Below are positions 36,487 to 57,879 of a DNA stretch of 64,000 nt, one piece after another. The notes below the pieces were generated by a model. The model had not been told where the DNA came from, did no database searches, and saw only the letters and a program-made list of their open reading frames with translations. The stretch's first letter is position 1. Every line of letters starts with the position of its first letter. The DNA is from the human T2T-CHM13v2.0 reference genome, Homo sapiens. The translations under genes and the position numbers were made by a program. Location: the NCBI RefSeq assembly GCF_009914755.1, contig NC_060941.1; one strand, given 5' to 3'.

Positions 36487-38329
36487 AATCACATAGTCAT
36501 GTGATCACTGACTTGGCTGTGCTCCGTGGGCACTGCTTTTCTGCCAGGTCCTGGAGTTGTCACCCCTTTTGCCTCTCAGCCTCCCACGGGCGCAATGGAG
36601 GAGAAGGATGAGAAAGCATGGGTGCTGCTGGCCCTTCTGTGGCCTCCAGTCACCTGGCTATGACTTTTGATGCTGTTATTGATGTGTTTCCTTGGCTTCA
36701 GCAGCTATTTTTGCTATAATAATCCTGCTGCCCTTCAGACTCAGGATAAACGGAACAGGCAGGTGAACACCATGAAATTCATGCTGCTATATGCCTGGTA
36801 TTCTTGGCCCAATGTAGTTTTGTGTTTCTTTGGTGGCTTTTTAAAAGACCGAGTATTTGGAATATGATGGGGCACAATTACTTTTAGCTGTTTTATTTGC
36901 ACTGGACAGGTTGTTTTGTTCTGGGTGGAATATTTAATGTTTTTTGGCTGATGGAATTTGAAAGACTTGTGTTTGGATTGGTGGGGAGTGCTCAGCAGTT
37001 GCCCAGGACATATGCTGTCAGCTGGTTTAAAGACAAAGAATTAAACCTGGTGTCTGGACTCCAACAATTTAGCATGGCTAGAATTGGAAGTACGGTAAAC
37101 ATGAACTTCGTGAGTTGGCTGTATTCTAAGATTGAAGCTTCGTGGGGTTCTGCTGGTCACACAACCCCTGGGGTCACACTTAAGATTGGGGGTATAAAAT
37201 GTATTCTTTCACTAATCTGTGCCTTCCTTGGCTCTTGCTTACTTAGATGTGAGAGCAGAGAGAATCCTTCATAAAGAACAACAACAACAAAAAAAGGGGG
37301 GGGAAGTTTTTACATTAACTGATGTAAAGGATTTCTCCTTACCCCTGTGGCTCATATTTATCATCTGTGTCTGCTATTGTGTTGCCATGTTCCCTTTTAT
37401 TGGACTTGGGAAAGTTTTCTTTACAGACAAATTTGGATTTTCTTTCCAGGCAGCAAGTGCAATGAACAGTGTTGTATATGTCGTTATCAGCTCCCACACC
37501 CCAGTATTTGGGCTCCCAGTGGATGACACGGGGAAGAACAGCATCTGGGTTCTGCGTGTGGTTGCAGCCACTCTTGTGTCCCACATGATGCTGGCCTTTA
37601 TGATGTGGAGCCCTTGGGTTGCTGTGTCTTCTGGGAATCTCCTATTCATCGCTTGCCTGTGCATTTTGGCCAACAGTGGCATCTGTAGTTCCTGAACATC
37701 AACTGGGAACTGCATATGGCTTCACGCACTCCATTCAGAATCTTGGGGTGGCCATCATTTCCATCACTGCTGGGATGGATGATACTGGACACTGGGGGAT
37801 ATTTGTTTTTAGAAGTTTTCTTCATTGCCTGTGATTCTATGTGACTTTTATCTGTGGTCTTACTCTATTTTGTGAATCATGCCCAGGGTGAGAACCTAAA
37901 TTATTCCACAAGACAAAGGGAAGAAATAAAATTTTCCCATACTTAATAAGTTTAAATGACTGTGTCATGAGAATGGGCTTTTGCACATCACTGGTTTGAA
38001 AATCTCCATTTTTAAAAATTTAGAGTTTAGTCATGAGAAAAAAAATAATGGAATGGCAAGTTGTATTTATATCCAAATACACCTATTTCAAAGTGTATTT
38101 GTGAGAACTATTTTAGCCTGTGTCTTCTGTATTGTGTGTTGCTGAAGAATTCTACAAAAGGCCAACCAACAATGAAAGGTTTAGAAAACTGCTCTGGAAC
38201 ATCCAGGTGAACTTCAGAAAAGAACAGTGAAAACAGAAAAACACGGGAGCTTCTTTTGAGATTGTCTTCATTAAGTATGTGTCTAAGGGATACAGCCTTT
38301 TCTTTATCTTACAGCAGAAAAAAAAAAAA
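36487..38329 (+). pseudogene. MFSD1P1: Processed (intronless) MFSD1 pseudogene, lysosomal MFS transporter; ATG 36595, CDS-derived to ~37949, 3'UTR to the A-run at 38318-38329
   Basis: ORF fragments LMCFLGFSSYFCYNNPAALQTQ..LLYAWYSWPNVVLCFFGGFLKDRVFGI, VPEHQLGTAYGF, C-terminus EEIKFSHT; premature TGA 36865-67 and several frameshifts; no introns. Confidence 0.92.
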
Positions 38330-39272
38330 TTGTGACAGACATTCCCTTTCCTGGTAGGGGCATAATGCTAGAAGACATGTGAAGATATTTGTATGAAGTC
38401 TCTTTCTACTCACAACCAGTAGCTTGGGCTCTACTATGTGGTTATGTGGACTGCTGAGCAGTGACCCTTCTGAGTTGATTTTTCTGTTACTGAGTCCCCT
38501 AATCTCTTAGGGACACAAATTATAGTACAAACAGTCTGTACAGTTTTTCATATAGTCTAATTAGTAACTACAAAGTGTCCTTCGAATTATAATTGACATT
38601 TACAAAAATAAATAATAAAACCGCAAAAGGGGAAAAAATAATTTTTTTTTTGCTATTATAAGCAATAGAACATGGAACGTTTGAAACATTTCCTAAGCAT
38701 AGAGTTTTTACCCTAGAAATGAAACTGCTAAGACCAAATTTAAGTAATTGTTCAAAGTCACTCAACTAAGAAGAGTGGTAGAGTTAGAGAGCTAACCAAA
38801 GGCAGTCCCCAAAGTCCATGTTTTGAACACTACGTGATAAACCGCATGGCATTACCACTGATCATTCCATTTCCAAGCAATGTAGGCACTAGGTTCATTC
38901 CCTCCAGAACTTCATTACAGAAGAGATGGCTTCTGCCTCTATGTCTCACACAGGACTGGAAAATAATTTATAACTGGAATAGAATTTTGCAACTGTAAAA
39001 GAATGTAATTCAGAGTTTTGGTTAACTGATTCTTCATTTTCTATATCTACCCAAGGCAATACTACAAAACACATAATCTTAAGATTCTCCAGATTTTTCA
39101 TATCATTGCCAGTGCTTAAAAACAAAATAAATAAATAAGACATACTCCTTGAACAGACCAGCCACTGGTGATGAAAGGAAAAGAGAGATAAAAGATATAC
39201 AGTCATCATTCATTAATAATTTATAAAATGTTATAATGATACAGTGATATCCAGGTTTCTTAGACTTTCTGG

Positions 39273-42197
<2,925 letters not shown>

Positions 42198-42267
42198 GCC
42201 AAAATAGTTTTTAATTCAGTGTATTAAAAGAGCTCCATTTTGAAGATGTCAGTTCCATTATACTTAC

Positions 42268-42370
42268 TAAAGTGTATCTGGAGGGCCAATAATAAGGACT
42301 TCCCATCGGTAGAGATCATTGTCATCTATTAAACCTGCAGAAAAGCCTTCCACTGGATTTTTGTTGAGTT
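42268..42370 (-). CDS. UBE2G1: UBE2G1 coding exon 2 (103 bp): (E)LNKNPVEGFSAGLIDDNDLYRWEVLIIGPPDTL(Y)
   Basis: Minus-strand translation matches the UBE2G1/Ubc7-family N-terminal UBC region; acceptor ttttccacAG at 42371-72; donor GTAAGTA at 42267-61; phase joins exon 3 (TA|T = Tyr). Confidence 0.97.
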
Positions 42371-42621
42371 CTGTGGAAAAAGAAAAGTTTAATCAATACA
42401 TTTAAGCACATAATTTGCATCCAGTAGATAAATTACAGAACTTGAGCGTACATGTTTTATGTAAGTTTTAAACCATTAAATAGATATACCTTGCCAGGCA
42501 AAATGCTACTTGATGGCCAAAACATTTTCATGCCTATACTGTAAGAAAGCCCTGGGTAAAGCAAACTATCCAGAAGATCAACTTCTACTGGTATCCAGCC
42601 AGGCTCTTGTCATTCTAAGTG

Positions 42622-42765
42622 GCCCTACAGTGGTCTTTTAAGGAAGCTTGTTAAAATGCAGATATCCAGGCCCGTCCCCCAGAGATTCTCATTGAGAGGG
42701 AGCCCTGGAAATCAAATCATGTTGGCAATTCTTATGCTGCTGTCTTCAGGGTATACTTTCAGAGT
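42622..42765. mobile_element. MER5-like hAT-Charlie fragment
   Basis: agcttgttaaaatgcagatatccaggccc..cccagagattctc. Confidence 0.65.
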
Positions 42766-43317
42766 GTCTAATCATACCTTTTCATTGGAATGTACTGCGC
42801 TTAATAACTTTCATTTATACTAACATTTGTACACCTATTTGACTTGTCCCTGTAGTCTTGGGGACCTGCTTCTACAGTGGGTGCTCCTGTGTGCCCATCC
42901 ATCTCTGAGCACAAGGAGAGCAGGGGCCCCATATGTCTTGTCTGTATATGTCGACCCTCTGAGAGCCACAGCTTCTGGGACAGAGGAGCAGCTTAAGAGT
43001 AACACCTGGAGCATACAGAATGGCTGCAGCATCGTGAGGTTCTCCTCCTCTAAAGAGAGTGCTGTGGCATGGAGAAAGGATGACAGGGTGGGAAACAAGA
43101 GAGGCGAGGAACTGGCAAGGTGGGGGCACACAGGCCAAGACAGGGACCTTAAGGAGCAGGTGAGCAGCGGTACAGAGCCCAGAATGTTTCCAGAGACACC
43201 AGACTTAATAAAGTACTGGCCTCCTGATGGTGAGCAGATCATGTGAGAAATTTTTAAACAACTTTAATGAGGTATAACTGACATTCAGTGAACTGCACAT
43301 ACTTAAATTATACAATT

Positions 43318-47979
<4,662 letters not shown>

Positions 47980-49299
47980 TTATTAAAGCTAAAGGAGATG
48001 CATTTAAAGGAGAAACTATCCAATGATGATAAACACATACAGCTCAGGGAAGAAGGGGTCTATATTCAGTCCACTGGATTCAATTAAAAAAAAAAGGCCA
48101 CAGTTGCCCTCGGCATAAGCAGTGTCAGTGTGAAGGTAAGGTGGAATCCATGCAGGCAACGCTGAGTGGACAAAGAGAAGATGAAGTGGAAAAACCCAAG
48201 TGGAAATTTTTTCTAAAAGTTTGACGGTAGATGGAAAAGTGTAGTAGTCACGGGTAAATGAAATTCAAGCAAGTTTTATTTTAATGGAAAAGGCTGAAAG
48301 ATGTTAAAACATCCTATCTGTGTTTAAATGTTGATACGGATACCTCACACTACATCCAAATCCAGACAGATTACAGATATAAACAAAGAGGTATAAAACC
48401 TAACTAAAAGAAAACATAGAATAGTGTTTTTTCACATCAATTTGAGTGGAGGTGGTCCTCCTATGCAGGACACAAAACTCAACAGTCAAATAATGCTACA
48501 CAAAATACTTTAAGGTTAGTACAGCAATAAAGTCTAAATACAAATGACTGGGAAAGAATATTTGCAAAATAGGGAGAAGTTTAAAATTCCTAATACAAAC
48601 AGAGCTTCTGTAAATCAAAAGGGAAACTAAAACCCAAAAGTGACCATGCTTGACCTTCTACTTATATTCCTAAGGTATTAGGAGTTTTGAGAATGCCAAA
48701 GATGAAGATAACATCTTTTCTGAATGCTATCTAGAGATAAAATTAAGAGTTGGAAAGGGCTAGAAAGACCTCTCTTTCTCACAAAAGTCATGACTGCTAA
48801 AACACAAAAGTTTATAGTTCTAAAGGAGGCAAAACTAACCAACAGTATTACAAATCAGGACGATAGTATTTCTCTCTCTCTCTCTCTCTGTCTTTTGGAG
48901 CAGGAAGTGAGAGTAGTATCTGGGAAGAGGCATGGAACGGACTTCTGGTGTACTGGTAGAGGCATGCCGTCCGTAATATGTGCGTACTTTCCTGTCAATG
49001 TTATACTTCAATTTTTAAAACTCAGTAAATCCTGGAGTATCCAGTGACTGTTAAATGGGAGTTATGCTTGCATGCTATGAATCTGGAAATCACTGTGGGC
49101 CAGAGTGGTCTACAAGCCATGAATAAAAAGGAAACCCAGGGACAAGGTAGTGTCCTTGAGAGTAATGACTTCTATGTGTTAAGTCATGGAAAATAATGCA
49201 TGAGCAGACTTGCTAAGATAGAGTCATTACCAAGAATAAGACTAAAAAAGAACAGAAAGAGCATATGAAAAGTAAAAACGCTGCATTTCTGAATCGGAA

Positions 49300-50560
49300 T
49301 TAGATGAATATAAAATGACATTGCTTTCAAATATATAGTTCTCAGATCTATCCACTGAAAAGGTCTAGAAAAAATGAACAGCCCAGTAGTGCCCAGAATA
49401 TGGTTTCTAAATATGAATTTATCACTAAAACCGACCAGGGCTCTTCAGACAAATGGCTGACTCCAGGTCTAGAGCAAGAAATGTTAGGTTCATCTCACAC
49501 ATAGCAGACAAAAAGGAAGCTATCGAGTAATACTATGGTATTGTGGAAAGGACTCAAGAGCCAGCTTGAAGAGGCCTCCACTGGTCAAATATGGGACAAT
49601 TTGAGTGTCAATAAAGTTAGTAACAACGAATGCTTGAAATATGCAAGTTTAAATCCATGAGTTTATAACTGTGAAATCAAAAACAAGAAACAAATTTATC
49701 ACCACTACAGGATGCTGGGAAACCATTTTGTTATTCTGAAAACCAATTTTAAAAAGCAAAAGAATCAACATTTAGTGTGATCCTTTTTTATTACACAAAT
49801 TATATTGCCAAGTAATCAAAATAGTAATTACTATTTGATCAAATGAGGTTTCTCTCTATAAAAATACTCCAGCTAAAAAATGAAAAATAACTGAAACATT
49901 GGCCATTTTATCATTTAATCCAGGCATTTTAAAAGACAACCAGATATTACAGTCTCCTGAAAAATGAACAAACCACCACATATGAAGTAATCTCACCTCA
50001 CAAACCTAACCTGTTTGAGCCCCTAAGTACAATAACTAATTCACAAAGAACAGAAACAGAGAAACATGTTCAAGGACATCCCTGGGACACAATTAGCAAG
50101 ATCTACTCTGCAGGATATTCTAAAGAACAAGACCTAGAATCTTCAGCAAATATACTGCAAGGAGCACAAAAGAGAGAAATGAATTCAAACTTTTTTTAAA
50201 TTTATGACGATTATGACACAAATGAAAATGTGAAGAGTAATGAGACATTAGACAATATCCAGAAATTGTTGTTTCCTTTTTGAGTTTGGCAGTAGTGTTG
50301 TGCTGGGGGTTTTCTTACCATTTTTAGAGATACATACTGAAATATTTACAGACAAATGATCATGTTTAGAATGTACTTCACAGTCATTAGGGAGAGGGCT
50401 AAGATAGGTGAAACGAGGCTGATCCATGACCTAATCACTTCAGGGGCTGGGGGAGTACATGGAGGCCCATTATACCTATCTGTCTACTTTGGTATTATTG
50501 GGCATTTAAAATTTTCCTCAAAAGATTTTTTTAATCTAAAAATAAGTTTAATATAGCCTA
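49300..50560 (+). mobile_element. L1MC-type 3'UTR fragment
   Basis: ccagggctcttcagacaaatggctgactccaggtctagagcaagaaatg; gagatacatactgaaatatttacagacaaatgat. Confidence 0.65.
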
Positions 50561-50703
50561 AAATAATGTTTTCAGTATTGTCGATCATTATGTAAAAGTA
50601 AAACTTCACTGCACCTCAGCAAAATACAAATTCTCAGAATAACATTCCAAGACCCAACTAGACGTCATTTTGTACTTGACTACTAAGAAAATAAGCTACT
50701 TTT

Positions 50704-51339
<636 letters not shown>

Positions 51340-51946
51340 TAAGTGTACTTTGCCAAGACCAATTGTTGGCTAAGTCTAACTTCTACAAAGCCAAATACAA
51401 ACTGAGGTTTACAGCCTAGTAACGATTTTCCTTTGTGTCTGGGTGACTGTGGTCTCCTGCTCCGGGAATGTGAGTTCCTGTCAAGTTTATTTATACAACA
51501 CAGTTGGCTGCAAGGTGTATGTCTGTAAAGTAACTATTTTTACTGCAGCTTCACTTTGAACTTCTGAGATCATAGATAGACAGACCCCTTTACCCAAACA
51601 GTACATAATTACTCCTAACTATTGAGATAATTTGTCAAAATAATTTTGACCTTATTATCAGAGGAATAAACTGCTGTTACCTTAAAACATAAAAATGCCA
51701 CAAACCAAGTCACCAAAAGTAACTGCAAAAACGTTCCCGTCCTTCAACCTTCCATTAATTAATACTGAAAAAAGTCAAGCATAGCAATCACAAAGGTGTA
51801 TTTCCTCTTTAGATTTCAAGATGCATCAAGTTAATAAATTTTACAAATTTCTGGTAAACTTTAAAAATTTGCTTAAAATTAGAATTTTTTATTTGTACCA
51901 CGACACGGGCTACCGGCTAGCTGATTTCCTAATCAAAAACATTTTT

Positions 51947-52787
51947 GGCCAGGCACAGTGGCTCATACCTGTAATCTCAGTGCTTTGGGAGGTCAAGGTG
52001 GGAGGATCGCTTAAGGGCAGGAGTTCAAGACCAGCCTAGGCAACAGCAACATAGAGAGACCCAGTCCTAGCTACTGGGGACGCTGAGTCAGGAGGACTGT
52101 TTGGGCCCGGAAGTTTGAGGCTGCAGTAACCTAAGAAGGTGCCAATGCACTCCAGCTTGGAGCAAGACCATGTCTCTTGAATAAAAAAAAAAAAAAAAAA
52201 AAAATCAAGGCCAGGCTCGGTGGCCTCTAATCCGAACACTTTGGGAGGCCGAGGCAGGAGGATCGCTTGAACCTAGAAATTTGAGACCAGGCTTGGCACT
52301 ATAGTGATACCCTGTCCAGGTGTGGTGGCTCACGCCTGTAATCCCAGTACTTTGGAAGGCTGAGGCAGGGAGATAACCTGAGGTCAGGAGTTTAAGACAA
52401 GCCTGGCCAGAATGGTGAAACCCCATCTCCACTAAAAATACAAAAATTAGCCAGGCGTGGTAGCGGGTGCCTCTAATCCCAGCTATTCAGGAGGCTGAGG
52501 CAGGAGAATCGCTTGAACCTGGGAGAAGGAGGTTGCAATGAGCTGAGATCGTGTCACTGCACTACAGCCTAGGCGACAAGAGCGAGACTTCGTCTCAAAA
52601 AGAAAAAAAAAAATTAGCCGGACATGGTGGCATGTGCCTATATAGTCCCAGTTACTCGGAAGGCTGAGGTGGGAGGACTGCTTGAGCCTGGGAAGTAGAA
52701 AGTGCAGTGAGCCAAAACCACACCAATGCACTCCAGCCTGGGAAATACAGAGTGAGACCCTGTCTCAAAAAACAACAAAACAAAAAA
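51947..52787 (+). mobile_element. Alu cluster: AluJ-like 51947-52200, then an AluS (~52316-52610) nested between the arms of an older Alu
   Basis: Left arm 52209-52315, inner dimer, right arm 52611-52787. Confidence 0.8.
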
Positions 52788-54099
52788 TATTCCACCCAAT
52801 TTATTTTACTGTGCTTCAAAAACATAAGGAAAATGAAACAGACAAGCCAAACAGATCAGAGATGATCCCTTAAAAAGAATTTGTCAATATGCTTCCCAAA
52901 GGGATTTGCTTGGCAGAATTCTGGACCACATTCCTAAAATAACACTTACTGACATTCTGCTACCTGTAATATTTCACCCTGCTTATCACAGCTTCTTCAA
53001 TCACAGGCGTCAGGGTTCTTCAATATTAAGTCCTAAGTACGTTGTTGCTTGTGCATAAATTATACACAATAGCATAAGCATGCATCTCTGCCAAGATTTG
53101 TCGCAGCAGGAACTCCTCACAATACCGAAATTATGCCCTAACACTAGTTTATAGTGTCACACAAACAGCTTACTTTGATCTCGCCTGTTTTATAGAAATA
53201 AATTTGATAAAGATGATTCCTGAGGATTTCTGAATGTCACTTCACAATGGAAAATTTGGGCACAGCATATGATATTATGTATTACTAGCCTGGGCAACTT
53301 AAACAGATCATTTCTATTTTTTGAGTCTCATTTTCCTTATCAGTAAAGGATGGTAAAGCCCTTGGTAACGTTGCAACACGGAGAAGATATTGTATATGCG
53401 AAAGTCTGACCCAGCTTAAGGTACAATAAATGTTAGTTGTCCATTTTCTTCCTTTAAAATTGCTCATTAATTAGGCTACAGGACATAAAAGGAATACGTC
53501 TGTATTCTTCAGAATCCTGAGAACAAGCCCATACCTGAATTATTTCTTTTGGAAAATACTACCCAGCTTCAAACCTCACGCCCAACTATGTTTCTAGTAG
53601 GACTGCCAAACAAGGCCCCCGGTACCCCAAGGCCACAGGAGGGAGTGGTTTTTCAGAGTTGGGAAGCTGTGCCATAAAGGCCTGAGAGCTGCCAATAGCC
53701 GCAATTCAAGTCTCAAGGAGAATGAAGCCAAAACGAAGAATAAGCAACAAGAAATCCAAACAGATCTTTGATTTCTTACACCTGGTACTACTCCTGCCCT
53801 TCTATAAACTTAGTTAGAAGTCAGTTTTCCTTTTTGTCTAAATTTATTTTAGTTGAATTCCTGTCACTTCCAACTAAGAATGCCACCTTCTTCATGTGTA
53901 AAGCCCTATTTTTAAGTTCACATCCCAGTTGGTCCCTAATCAGTTTCCCCTCGAATACACCAGTGGTTCTCAACTGTCCTTTTACCTTCCCCACATTATA
54001 CGGGGCAAAAAAGTGATTCTCAGGCTGCAGTGAGTCGTAAGCATGCTGCTGCTGAAGGAAGCAAGCACAGTCATGAGATTCTTGAATTTCCAATTCACT

Positions 54100-54698
54100 T
54101 TAAGTTCATTTCAACCACCAAATAATACATATAAAAAACCAGAAAGACTTCAGAAAAACAGTCTCAAAGAAATTACAGAAACATATTTTTAAAGAAGACC
54201 AGAAAGAAAACATTATAAAGCAACAGGAGACCTTAAAGGAAAGTGAAAAACAGACTAAAAACAAATCATGGTCATAACTTTCAGAAATCATACTTCTAAT
54301 GAAAAGATAAATAGTTATTTTTAAAGAGTAAAGATAATAAACAAAGGAGATTTACATAAGTTAAACTGGCATTCCTGAAGAGATCAGAATATTAAAATGT
54401 CATAAATCTATAAAGCTTTCTATAATAATAAATATACAGATTGAAAACATATCCCACAACTCAGAAAAAACTGGTACAGAATAAACAATAAAACATCTGT
54501 CAAATGAGGCACTGAACTTTAAAGTTAAATAATATCAAGGATATTCAGGAAGGGAAAAAACAAGTCCAGTATAGGTGGGTGGGTGGAACCAACCAGGTTA
54601 GCCTCAGATTTCTCCACAATACTCATTGTAGGTAAGTAACAGTGACGTGAAGAAATACGGAATCCTGAAGAAGAATGTGATAAAAAGAATGAGAAATG
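54100..54698 (+). mobile_element. Old L1M ORF1 remnant
   Basis: A-rich; aaccaggttagcctcagatttctccacaata resembles the L1 ORF1 C-terminal IRLxSDFS motif. Confidence 0.55.
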
Positions 54699-56798
54699 CA
54701 GCCAGGCATGGTGGCTCATGCCTGTAATCTCAGCACTTTGGGAGGCCCAGGCAAGTAGATGCTTGAACCCAGGAGTTCAAGACCAGCCTGGACAACACAG
54801 GGAGACACCACCTCTACAAAAAATACAAAAATTAGCTGGACATGGCGGCAAGCGCCTGTGGTGCCAGCCACTCAGGAGGCTAAGGTGGGCAGATCACTTG
54901 AGCCCAGGAGGTCGAGGCTGCAGTGAGCTGTAAGCATGCTGCTGCACTCCAGCCTAGGCACCTGTGTCGAAAAAAAAAAAAGAGAGAGAGAGAAGCCCAA
55001 ACAGGAAGTCCAAATAAGATGGTAATACACATTTACATGTATTGTAAACTTTAAGGACTTAAGAAATGGTACTTTTTGAATTAAATGCTGCGAAATCAAT
55101 CAAAATAAAGAATTCAGTAACAGAAAAACGCAGGTGAAAGGGACCAGTGTAGTTACCAACCCCGTGTAAATGCATAAATAAAACCAAACCACCATGAATG
55201 CTATAAGCTTTTATATATATATATTTAATAATATATGCTGTCATTGCCAAGTGGCACACGTGTGTGTGTGTGTGTATTATTTTCTTGTTGCCATTGGTCC
55301 TATTTTTACATTATCAGGATTTATATATAAATTTACATTGTCAGGATTTTACATTGTTATTTTCTGTATTGTCGTAATTTTACATTATCAGGATTTCTAT
55401 GTTAAAAAAGAATAACCAATTACTAAATATATCTATATTTATGATTAGAAAATGGGAAGGGAATGGAGGGAAAGGGAGAGAGGTACTAAGGAATACATAT
55501 GTGTTTATTCCCTCATCCTGGACATCAGGAAGTCAGTGGGTTCTATCAAGAGTCTCAAAACTATTTAGAGGTTTTTATAGATTTTCTTCTCTCAACTTTA
55601 GGACTCTTTTAGAAATTAATCTCTTCTTGCGATAAATGTCTATCTATAGGTCAATAATTTCTTCAATATTACCTTAGCTGGGTTGTCATTCATATGCAAC
55701 TTGCAACTTAAAGTATATAAATGGCACATCTATTACAACCTCAGATTTCAGCCCGCATGCATGCACTGAAAGGTGGATGCAAGGATGCCCAACGTTGGGA
55801 GACATCTGTAGGTGGTGGTTGTTATTACTAAGTAGTAGAATATTTTCAACTTTCTTTTATGTACTTTGATTTTTTAAATTATGAAAAAAGGCCATGTATC
55901 CTAAAGTAACATAGGAAAATAAAATAGAAGGCATTAGACACTACCTTCTTGCTCTCCAAAGACAACCACTGCTAACAATTTGCTGTGTATTCTTTCAGAC
56001 TTAGGCTACACCACCATATACTATACAGAAATGGAATCATCCTTGTATAACTGATGGCCACTTAGCATAGTCTGAACACTAGATAACTCGTTCCCACCAC
56101 CATACCTCTTTTCGTTTTCCCCCTCAAATATAAATAATGCTGCCTAGGTATGAGCTGAGAGGAGTGAAAAAAACAAAAAGTAAAAAAAAGAAATTATGAA
56201 TATTTAAAAGTCTTTTTAAAAATAAATAAAAAGAAAAAACAATGCTGCCATTGCCAGGCGGTGTGAACCTGTAGCCCCAACTGTTCTGGGGGATGAAGAG
56301 GGAAAATCTCTTGAGCCCAGGAGAGTCTGAGGCTGCAGTGAGCTATGATCGCACCATGGCACTCCAGCCTGAACAATAGAGGAAGACCCCATCTTAAAAA
56401 AAAATTAATTTAAAAAGAATACTTTGCACTCTCCTTGTACATCTGTGGAAGTATATCTAGAATATAAACTATAAACTGAACTGTAAGTCAAAGGAACATA
56501 TATATCAAGCCACAAAATGTTTACTTCAATGTATTATCCCAGAAACACTGTAGGCAACTATTTCCCTACAGCCTTGCTAACACTGGGTATTTTTACTGCT
56601 GGCTAACACTGGGCATCCTTCTGCCACTGGCAATTTATCTTTGGTGCATTTACATATTTTTATTCCCCCACCCCGTTTTTTTTACACTGAGTGATTCTCT
56701 TTTTTCTGATTATTTGGATGGGCTTTTTAAGCATTGTGGCCTTCTTTCTTTTTTTGGAGACAGAGTTTCACTCTGTGGCCCAGGCTGGAGTGCAGTAG

Positions 56799-56957
<159 letters not shown>

Positions 56958-57879
56958 TGAACTCCTGAGCTCGCCCCCCAACCCTGCCCACCCAAGTGCC
57001 GGGATTACAGGTGAACCCAGCCAATTTGCCCAATGTTTGTTGCTATTACTTAGAGTCTAAGGGATGAAGGCAATATTTACATTTAAACCCCTAATTTTCC
57101 TAGGCTATTAGTGTGCGATTCAAATGTGTGTCTATAAAGTTTATTATAATTAAAGCAAAAGTTTGAAATTTGAAAATTAGCAACATAATTTTTCTTTTTT
57201 ATATTTTGATTGGACTAAGTGTGGTATGAAACTCAAAAGCCAAACAAGTCAGAATGACAGCTTTGTCTACATTTTGAAATGCAACAATCTGAATGACAGG
57301 TTTCTAACATATGACCAAGTATTAAACTACTTTTAATGGAAGTATAAGAAGTGGATTCACATAAAATGCACAAAGTTAAAAACTGGAACAGGTAATACAA
57401 ATACAAGATGTTCTACTCACAAACACATATTAAGATGGTGTTGATTCCTCATTCCTCTAAGTAGTCTCCACCCACTTCTTGACATAAGAAAGAAAGAATA
57501 ATGTAAGCAGCAGACCATGCCAGGTCCAATCCAAGATTTCTTCCAAAGGGGAACAACAGGTGTGATTATGTCAAAGTAGCTGTGATCTGCTGACACTAAC
57601 TCACCCTCTGTTGTATCTTCCTATCATGCCTTGAACTCCTCCTCAAACTCTTCCCTAAGATGGCATTAGGAGATTATATTTCTCTAATTCAAATAACTAT
57701 TTATTTGTATGTGCTTCTTCTCCTTATAATCACATTAGCAAAAGAAGAGAGCCCTGCTGCATGATCAGAAATGTTGTGCATGAAATATAACTTCTACTGA
57801 AAGGCATCTTGTACATGATCTTCTCCACATTAAGTAAAAATGGCTTCTAAGAAAATGGGGTGTCCTGGGAAAATACAGG

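Noticed and set aside
36667-37834. Four overlapping ORFs with MFS transporter similarity as a functional gene
   Set aside because: They are frameshifted pieces of one intronless MFSD1 retrocopy with premature stops
42827-43246. Overlapping 139-aa (+) and 135-aa (-) ORFs
   Set aside because: No recognisable domain; the sequence resembles old L2-type repeat with few stops by chance
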